A DNA stretch of 64,000 nt from the NCBI RefSeq assembly GCF_044704955.1, contig NC_091979.1, positions 317,564,001-317,628,000 of the forward strand, read 5' to 3'. This DNA comes from Pristiophorus japonicus (taxonomy: Eukaryota). Position 1 is the stretch's first letter, and each line of letters starts with the position of its first letter. Position numbers and translations under genes: made by a program. Positions 26,162-35,633 of the stretch are shown here, in pieces. Below the pieces are notes generated by a model. The model did not search any database. It saw nothing but the letters and a program-made list of their open reading frames with translations, and was not told the DNA's origin.

Positions 26162-27209
26162 ATGTTTGGACTGACCGTGCTGGCCCTTCTGTGTGGAGAG
26201 GTGTGTGCAGGCTCTCACTCCCTGCGGTACATGCACACGGCTATCACTCCGCTCCCGGGCATTGCTGAGTTCACCGATGTGGGTTATGTGGATGACCAGC
26301 AGTTTATTTACTATGACAGTGTGAGCCGCCAGTACACCCCGCGGCAGCGGTGGATCAGGGAGAGCGAGGGCGCCGAGTACTGGGAGCGCTACACACAGAT
26401 CCTGCGGGGCAAGGAGCAGGTGATGAAAGGCAACATTCAGACCGTCTTAACCCGCACCAACCAGACCGCCGGGATCCACACGCTGCAGAGGTTGTGCGGC
26501 TGTGAGCTGCGGGATGACGGCACCACCAGCGGCTTCTGGCAGTACGGCTGGGACGGGAAGGACCTGATCAGCTTCGACAAGGATCGCCTGGTGTGGGTCA
26601 CCCCGGTACCGTGGGGAGAGATCACCAAGAACAAGTGGGACCAGGACAGGGCCGAAATGCAGCAGGACAAAAGTTACCTGGAGCAGGAGTGCATCGAGTG
26701 GCTGAAGAAATACCTGAAGGCTGGAGAGAGAGAACTGGGAGCTGTTGCTCCTCAAGTGTTTCCTTCTGTGGACAAGGCGTCAAATATTAAAGCCCCCCAA
26801 CTCTCCTGTCTCCTCACAGGTTTTTACCCTCGCGAAATCCAAGTGACCCTCCTGAGAAATGGCGAGCCAATCAGGGACACGGAATCCACGGGCATCCTGC
26901 CCAATCACGACATGGGCTCAGATCGAGCCCGCGGATGGAGCCACCTATTCCTGTCAGTATGAGCAGAGCGGCCAAGCAGGAGGGAAGACCCGAGACTGGG
27001 ACGGGACGTACCGAGTGACTCCAGGATCGCCAGAGGGAATAAATAGGGGTTTGATTGTTGGAATTGTGATTGCTGCCGTCGCCCTGATTGCTCTTGTGAT
27101 CGGTGCGGTTGTGTGGAAGAGGAGAGGAGGAGAGGAGACATCTGGTTACAGCCCAGCGAACCCTGCTGAACGAGGAGAATTATCCCCAAACTCAGTAGCC
27201 CAGTCCTGA
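26162..27209 (+). pseudogene. Single-exon (intronless) MHC class I heavy-chain gene with a frameshifting deletion in alpha3
   Basis: Signal peptide MFGLTVLALLCGEVCA; alpha1 GSHSLRY...VGYVDDQQFIYYDS...EYWER...RTNQT; alpha2 HTLQRLCGCEL...GKDLISFD...ITKNKWD...YLEQECIEWLKKYL; alpha3 LSCLLTGFYPREIQVTLLRNG...ILPNHD. The frame shifts at about 26910 to TWAQIEP..YSCQYEQ, TM GLIVGIVIAAVALIALVIGAVVW and tail KRR..SGYSPA..*(27209). No intron at any domain boundary. Confidence 0.93.
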
Positions 27210-27454
27210 GGCTGATCCCGAAGTGAAGTTCACTGGGACTAGAATCTGGACTTGCTGTGTCGCAAGGAGGGTTCATTCAGAAGCAATCCACGATTCTGCA
27301 TCTTCATTTCGTTTGATTGTCACTGGCTGCTGCCAGTGTTAATAGTAATCGGTAATGTATCTATCATTGAGTGGGTTTGGGGATATTTTCTTTTTGGTGA
27401 TTGGATAGAAATCTCCAGTTGGGTCTTTTGGTGTTTAATGTAAATGAGATGTGT

Positions 27455-27521
27455 CGATTTCGGCACGGGCTGGATGGCCAAATGGTCGTCTTCCGTGCTG
27501 TAACCATTCTATGATTCTATG
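27455..27521 (+). mobile_element. Short CR1-type 3' end with (ATTCTATG)n tail
   Basis: 'ggcacgggctggatggccaaatggtcgtcttccgtgctgtaaccattctatgattctatg' resembles the CR1 terminal stem-loop plus octamer tail. Confidence 0.6.
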
Positions 27522-27531
27522 TATGGTGGCC

Positions 27532-28131
27532 GGGGGAGAGGGAGACTGGGAATGGGGTGGGGGGAGAGAGGGAGACTGGGAATGGGGTCTTGGGGAGACG
27601 GAGACTGGGAATGGGGGCTGGGGGAGAGAGGGAGACTGGGAATGGGGTCTTGGGGAGAGAGAGACTGGGGAATGGGGGCTCAGGGAGAGGGAGACTGGGG
27701 AATGGGGGCTAGGGGAGAGAGGGACTGGGTAATGGGGGCTCAGGGAGAGGGAGACTTGGGAATGGGGCCTCGGGGAGAGAGAGACTGGGGAATGGGGGCT
27801 TGGGGAGCGGGAGACTGGGGAATGGGGGCTTGGGGAGACGGAGACTTGGGAATGGGGCCTCGGGGAGAGAGAGACTGGGGAATGGGGGCTCGGGGCTCGG
27901 GAGACTGGGGAATGGGGGCTTGGGGAGAGGGAGACTGGGGAATGGGGGCTTGGGGAGAGAGGGAGACTGGGGAATGGGGGCTCTGGGAGAGGGAGACTGG
28001 GGAATGGGGGCTTGGGGAGAGAGGGAGACTGGGGAATGGGGGCTCTGGGAGAGGGAGACTGGGGAATGGGGGCTCGGGGAGAGAGAGACTGGGGAATGGG
28101 TGCTCGGGGAGAGGGAGACTGGGGAATGGGG
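27532..28131 (+). repeat. 30-bp G-rich minisatellite, second block
   Basis: Same unit as 19556-19958. Its right flank (28132-28464) is the reverse complement of 45196-45597 and 52136-52551. Confidence 0.95.
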
Positions 28132-28464
28132 TGGGTGTGGGTTCTAGTATTTCCCCCAGAGCCGGGAGCAGCAGCAACGTGGTGAGTGGGAGTGACACTG
28201 AGAGAGGAGCAGCCAGTAAAGGGGTGAGTGAAACCTGGGGACCTTACTGTGGGTAAATAGTGAAAGATTATTTCCAGTGGTGGGCGAATGGGGAACTAGG
28301 GAACGGAAACCAAAGATTCTAAAACCTAAAGGGAATGTGATAAATATTTGAAAAGGAAGAATGTTATAAGATCTGGGGGTGGGGTGGGCGGGGGGGAATG
28401 GGATTACAGAAGAGAGTGCGAGCTCCGAGGCCGAATGATCTCCTCCTGTGCAGTCATTTCTATA

Positions 28465-31160
28465 AATGCATTCCCCACTCTGCTCAATGTGCTGAAGTTG
28501 CAGCCCTGGTGACAGCAATCCAAATGACTTATGACATACCTGTTAATGCCTGGCCAGATAGTGCCTATGCGATTAACACTTTGTTACCTTTATCGCTGTA
28601 TGCTCGGAACACGATCAGCCCCTGTTTATGTTGGTAAGAAGTCTCACTCACCATCTTTGAACTTACACACCCGGAGCAACTCACAAGCAGATCATGCTGC
28701 TACAGATGCCACCGTTAACCTCTGGCAAGCTCCTACCCCTCCCTTAAGGTCTGTCCCGAGTATTCAAGGTGGGGACATCGATCTCCCGGTCTCTAGGCCA
28801 GTTATCTTCCCTATGCGGTTGTTATTGCATGGCATCGGGATGGATGTCCGTTGTCTCAGCCCACTCCATGGGCTGTGGACACACAATTGGCTCCAGATCA
28901 GTCTGGGAAATCTGCCATCCTGTTAATGTATGGGCCCTGCTTGCGGTGGCTATCATCTGATCTCCCAGTTGTCTGTGTTCCCCCATCCATGGCACCCAAA
29001 ATGTTTGATCTCCTCCATTGACACCCGGTGGGAGGACACTATTCAGCCGATGCAACTGTTCAGAAACTACGCAAATTTGCATGGCATCATAATTGTGTTA
29101 CTGACGTCACTCATAGAGTGAATGTTGCCTGCCCTGTTTACAGCAAAACCCAAGTGCCACATGAAGCGAGCACTGTTGGGAAGTCCCCCTTCTCCCGAGG
29201 GGGCCAAGGTCCCACCTTCAAATTGACTTTATAGGCCCTTGCCTACAGGGCCTTCTAGGTTGTGGTATTGTCTGGTTGTAGTTGATACGTTTACAAAATG
29301 GATGGAGTCTTTTCCATGTAAAACAAACACAGTATTGACAGCAGCTCGCCTATTATTGGGTGAGGTGAGCTGCAGGCAGGGAGTGCCAATTCAGGCTGAT
29401 ACCGCACAAAGTTTTACCGAGCTGCAACGGACAATGAGTATGTTGCATAAACTTCACATCTCCCACCGTCCACAATCATCTGGAATGGTGGAAAGAGGAA
29501 ATCGAATTCTGAAAATTATGTTAAACAAATTTGGTGCAGATCACCCCACCAAATGGTCTAGCATGCTGTCAATGTGCCAGATAGTTATTAGATCCACCCC
29601 GCATAGCACAACGGGTATTTCACCCTACCAAGCTATGACTGGGCGACTAATGCGAATGCCAGCCCATCTGTTAACCCCTTCAGTTACACCCTTAGTACAG
29701 GGAACTGCCAACCAAAAATGGCTTGAAATGTAGCCAGACAGACAGGGAAGTCAAGAAGCCAGGCATAGAAACACTTCGATAAGCAGTTCCGACCTTTTGA
29801 ACATCAAGTGGGAGATATCGTAATGCTACTAAACTATGGGAAGCAACAACATTGCTTCGAACCAAGGTGGAATGGCCCCATTCCCGATTATTGACGGGGT
29901 CAGTTCTTCGGTCTATCTGTTGCAATTCCCTGGGGAAAAAGGGGAGGACCAAGGGGGCTAAATAGTACCATATCAATCAGTTGAAAACCGTGAAAGAATA
30001 AATATTGCATGTTTTATCTTATAGAACCAGTTAAGAATGATCAGTTATCGAACCCTCCTGCTGGAGGTCATCATATACTTCAGACATTCGAACAGGTCTC
30101 AGACATGCTCAGTTACTTGACAACAGAAGATGTGAAATGGTTAATGTGGCTCAGGGAAGTGAGACAATTAACACATACTCCATCGAGAATCAATCTAATT
30201 AATGACAAAGAGAGAGATTTGGAGAATCTTTTAAGTCCATGACTTGTTGATTAGATGTTAAACTTCAGCTTTCTGTACAATGTCTGTTTTCATTACCTGC
30301 ATCAATGTTTGCTGGACATGTATATACTTAGTTGATGTGCTACTGATTGTCAGACTGAATTGTAACTATAATAATTATGTTTGGTAGGTAACAGAGCGTG
30401 GGAAAAGCCAGTACGAATCCAGTATGAGGGTTTTGATGCTGCCTCCTGTAGTATGTTTTACGGGTCTAAAGAGCCTCTTTCAAAACCGATACTGAAGTGA
30501 AACTGACAGTAAATGAGATACTTCAGTATAAGCTGCACAATTAAGTGGTTCAATTGGTACGACATTCAGAATGGTGGGATATTGGGCCTAATATATCAGT
30601 ACATTCTTAGGTTCAAATTATTTCACACGCTCTGGTAATTATTTAACTTGTGATGATAGTGTATTTGATATTTGATTAATTGAACACAACAAAAGGGAAT
30701 ATGTGAAGCAACACAGAGGAAACCCCAGGTGGGGTAAGATCAGGAGAGATACAAGAAACAGAGGATAGCCCAGGCAGGGCAGAATTGGAACACCGGAACA
30801 GTGAATTGAATTTGAGAAAGGGCTCAGAGGTTGCAACTCCCGTTTAAAGGAACGGATTGTAACAAAGGGGAAAATCTTCATTTTTGTATCACCCTTAGCA
30901 AAATCTAGAGTTGGCATGGTTAGTAGAGGTACGGAAATGAGAGATCGAAATAACTTTCTCTCAAGGAGGGGAATATGTTAGAAATCAGGGATACCGAAAA
31001 ATGTATAAAACTGTTATGAATGTATAAAACTGATACGAATGCTGTGTTTAAATCATTGTTTTGAACTAAAGACGGAATATCTATCAGCTACCTGTTACGA
31101 TTGTATGTTTTTGCGATACAACTAATGTGTTATATTCCATCTTAAAGTCTGATTAAACAC
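28465..31160 (+). mobile_element. Degenerate endogenous retrovirus-like element: RNase H, integrase, possible env remnant, PPT and start of 3' LTR
   Basis: RNase H 'HSAQCAEVAAL...NAWPDSAYA'; HHCC region 'GGHYSADATVQKL...ACPV'; integrase core 'VVVDTFTKWMESFP...HRPQSSGMVERGNRILK...TGISPYQAMTGR'; GPY/F tail 'VGDIVML...PRWNGP/FPII...YHINQLK'; polypurine tract AAGGAGGGGAA (30963-30973) followed by TGTTAG at 30976. Confidence 0.8.
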
Positions 31161-31162
31161 TA

Positions 31163-32560
31163 TGGGTTAGATTTTACACTTTTGTGCATATCGCCCAAAA
31201 ATTGGTGTTATTTCCGGCGTGGGCGGTAAGAAAGGGTTTTCAGATCGTCGGCTTCTCGCCCATTCTCAAAGCACCAGTCAGCATTTTTTAAATTAGGCGT
31301 TACCGCGAGCGATATGAAATGCACGGTAGCGTTAAATCTCTCTGAACTTCTGCCGTAAAGTGTCATCATCCATAGCAATGGCATGTTAGCGCTCGATTCC
31401 CGCGATTCAGGAGGTCAAGGATCACCATGACATGCACAGAAGAGGAGACAGAGAGAGGGGGAGCTGAGAGGGACTGGTGTGTGGCTGTGGTGTGGGCTTG
31501 TTTGGCTGTTGTGGGAGGCACGAGGGAGATTCACCAGCAGCAAAAATTCTACTAATCACCAAGAACATAGTTGGCACTGAGTTTTTATCCAACAAATAAG
31601 ATGTAACATGAAAGGGATGGTGGAGGCCCTGGAGCTGGTAGCCAGGAACACTGATGGCAGAGCGCTCCCAGTGGTCCCAGAGCATGGCACTGCACCCAAG
31701 GTGCTGCACCCATATTGCCAATGACACATTAGAGCCACGAGCAACATCTTCTTCTAGCTTGGAGCACGTTCCCACCTTGGGATCGTCCTCTCCCGTATCC
31801 ATCCACTCAGCAGCTCGGCTGTCATCCCCCCCCAACCCCCCACAATGAAGCGTCACCTGAGGAGCTCCTCGGCCAGGCGGCTTGGAGTCAAGAGGGAAAG
31901 GGGAAGGGGTAGAGGTGGGGAGGAGAAGTTGGGGGGGGGGGGGTGTGGGCCGGCAAGGGGAAGGGATGTTTTTTTACAGAAATACTGATGATTTCAGACA
32001 ACTGTTTGGTATAAATGTTTTTTATTTAAAAAAAACTTGTTGCGCATTGGCTCAGGTAGCTGCACCGTTACATGCTGGTGATTCCTCAACATCAAAGGGT
32101 ATAATTACACTTAACTTCCATCAACTTAAACTTTAACTGTCACCAAGGTGATGCCCACCATTGATGTATGACCTGCACACCCAGCAGTGTGTCAGCCTTG
32201 TAAATAACACCAACATTCTTTTAGGCAAAGTGATCATTGATGAGCTCCTAACCTAAGGCTCTTGCAGCTATCATGCCACCATGGACCCTTTCATGCAATC
32301 TACAGGGGGCAGGGGCATGGCTTCAGCATCAGCCTGATTGTCTGGTCCGATGTCAGCGTCTGCCTCCTTGTCCTCCTCTTCCTCTCTGTGGTGAGGTGGA
32401 CTGTCAGACTCTTCAGGCAATTCTAGTCCCCTCCTGATAGCCAAGTTGTGCAGCATGGAGCACACCACCACGAATTGAGCTACCTGCTCAGGGTGGTATT
32501 GGAGCTCGCCTCCTGAGTGGTCAAAGCATCTAAAGCGCTGCTTAAGCACTCCAATGGTTT
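31163..32560 (-). mobile_element. PIF/Harbinger DNA transposon remnant (HARBI1-like transposase C-terminus)
   Basis: ORF 32271-32549 'LKQRFRCFDHSGGELQYHPEQVAQFVVVCSMLHNLAIRRG' is the typical Harbinger DDE C-terminal motif. The left boundary is approximate. Confidence 0.75.
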
Positions 32561-33519
32561 TCTAAATTTGACTAATTCTGGTTTCATTAAAGCAGCATAT
32601 CCTTCGAGTAACCATTAGCAACACACTTGGAGATTGCTGATTGTAAGAATTGGCGGAAATATCAACAGACTTCAAAATATTTTGTACTTTAATTTTTGAC
32701 TTTTGCTTTTCCATATTTTCTGTTACTGCAGAAGAGCAGACAGCGGACTTGGGATAGGTCCATACATGTTCCAAAGGGATACACATCAGGTGGGTGGGGA
32801 TGGGTCAATGACTAAAATCGCAGGAAGATGGCTGATGGGACCCTTTGTCATCAGTGAGAGACCAAGTAAATCGAAATGACGGCGAGCCCCAGAGCACAGG
32901 AACCTCAGGACAAAGGAAGCCATTTGGCCACCCAGACTCATTGGAGCCTTTATCCCCAGAATGGCCCAGTAACAAAGACACAGGATTCATGGCTCTTTCA
33001 GTTGGATTGCCTCAGGCAAAAGACTGGTTTTTGGCGCAAAGAATTCGGAAGTATTTTCAGGTATAAGAGAAACGGCAGTTGCAGCCATCGCTCTCTTCTT
33101 CCAAGCTTACTTGTTTCATTCAATGCACACAAGGACTGGGACGGAGAGAAGACACCACCAGCTACGAGCAAAGAGAGCCTCCCTCATTGGGAGAAGCAGC
33201 GAGTAAGCCAGAGGGGTAACTGGTGAGCATTATCCCAGCCCACACATGTCTTAAGACCACCGCATGGTGTGAAGAGGTGTTGTGTGTCCCAACCAAGCCT
33301 TAGGGATTTAATGGAGAGGTTTCTGCGTGGATCATAGGCATATGTACAATCTGTTGGACAGATTCGGTGGTGCCCTATTGAGCCAAGCAGGAGTGTTTTA
33401 GTCATGGGTACTTCGCGATGGAGCCTGTTCAGATGAGCCAGTGTTGTGTGTTGTACTTTATTTTTTTCATGCCACCAGATTAATATGGCAGGGGGATGGG
33501 ATGGGAATCTATGCAGGGA

Positions 33520-35633
33520 GACAGAGGGGAATAAAATGGAGACAGAAGCAAAAGATAGAAAGGAGAATGGTAAAAGTGGAGGACAGAGAAACCCAAGGCA
33601 AAAAACAAAAAGGGCCACTTTACAACAGAATTCAAAAGGGTCAAAGTATGTTAAAAGACAAGCCACAATGTGAGGAGTATTCAGAATAAGGTGGACGAAT
33701 TAACTGCACAGATAGCTGTTAATGTATACGATGTGATTGGCATCATGGAGACACGGTTCCAGGATGATCAAGGCTGGGAACTCAACATCCAAAGGTATTC
33801 AGCATTTAGGAAGGATAGACGGAAAGGAAAAGGAGGTGGGCTGGCGTTGCTGGTTAAAGAGGAAATTAATGCAATTGTAAGGAAGGACATTAGCTTGAAT
33901 TATGTGGAATCGGTATGGGTGGAGCTACGGAATACCAAAGGACAGAAAACACAAGTAGGAGTTGTGTACATGCCACCAAACAGTAGCAGTGAGGTTGGGG
34001 ACAGCATCAAACAAGAAATAAGGGATGTGTGCAATAAAGGTACAGCAGTTATCATGGGCGACTTTAATCTACATATTGATTGGCCTAACCTAACTGGTAG
34101 CAATGCAGTGGAGGAGGATTTCCTGGAGTGTATTGGGGATGGTTTTCGAGACCAATATGTTGAGGAACCAACCAGAGAGCTGGCTATCCTCGACTGGATG
34201 ATGTGTAATGAGAAGGGACTAATTAGAAATCTTGTTGTGCGAGGCCCCTTGGGGAAGAGTGACCATAATATGGTAGAATTCAGTATTAAGATGGAGAGTG
34301 ACAAAGTTAATTCAGAAACTAGGGTGCTGAACATAAGAAAAGAATTGGCTAGATTAGACTGGCAAATGATACTTAAAGGGTTGACGGTGGATAGGCAATG
34401 GCAAAACACAAAGATCATATGGACGAACTTCAACAATTGTATATCCCTGTCTGGAGTAAAAATAAAACAGGGAAGGTGGCTCAACCGTGGCTAACAAGGG
34501 AAATTAAGGATAGTGTTAAATTCAATGAAGAGGCATACAAATTAGCTAGAAAAAGTAGCAAGCCAGAGGACTGGGAGAAATTTAGAATAAAGCAGAGGAG
34601 GACAAAGGGTTTAATTAAGAGGGGGGAAATAGAGTACGAGAGGAAGCTTGCCGGAAACATAAAAACTGACTGTAAAAGCTTCTATAGATATATGAAGAGA
34701 AAAAGATTAGTGAAGACAAACGTAGGTCCCTTGCAGTCGGATTCAGGTGAATTTATAATGGGGAACAAGAAATGGCAGACCAATTGAACAAGTACTTTGG
34801 TTCTGTCTTCGCAAAGGAAGACAAAAATAACCTTCCGGATGTACTAGGGGACCGAAGGTCGAGTGAGAAGGAGGAACTGGAGGATATCCTTATTAGGCGG
34901 GAAATTGTATTCGGGAAATTGATGGGATTGAAGGCCGATAAATCCCCAGGGCCTGATAGTCTGCATCCCAGAGTACTTAATGAAATGGCCCTAGAAATAG
35001 TGGATGCATTGGTGATAATTTTCCAACAGTCTATCGATGCTGGATCAGTTCCTATGGACTGGAGGGTTGCTAATGTAACACCACTTTTTAAAAAAGGAGG
35101 GAGAGAGAAAATGGGTAATTATAGACTGGTTAGCCTGACATCAGTAGTGGGGAAAATGTTGGAATCAATCATTAAGGATGAAATAGCAGTGTATTTGGAA
35201 AGCAGTGATAGGATCGGTCCAAATCAGCATGGATTTATGAAAGGGAAATCATGCTTGACAAATCTTCTGGAATTTATTGAAGATGTAACCAATAGAGTGG
35301 ACAGGGGAGAATCAGTGGATGTGATGTATTTGGACTTTCAAAAGGCTTTTGACAAGGTCCCACACAAGAGATTGGTGTGCAAAATCAAAGCACATGGCAT
35401 TGGGGGTAATGTACTGACGTGGATAGAGAACTGGTTGGCAGACAGGAGGCAGAGAGTCGGGATTAACAGGTCCTTTTCAGAATGGCAGGCAGTGACTAGT
35501 GGAGTGCTGCAGGGCTCAGTGCTGGGACCCCAGCTATTTACAACATATATTAATGATTTAGATGATGGAATTGAATGTAACATCTCCAAGTTTGCAGATG
35601 ACACTAAACTGGGTGGAGGTGTGAGCTGTGAGG
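33520..35633 (+). mobile_element. CR1 LINE ORF2 (APE endonuclease and RT), frameshifted and 3'-truncated
   Basis: RSIQNKVDEL, GGGLALLVK, IMGDFN, SDHNMVEF; KSPGPDSLHPRVL, NYRLVSLTS, YLDFQKAFDKVPH, QGSVLGP, KFADDTK. Confidence 0.95.
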
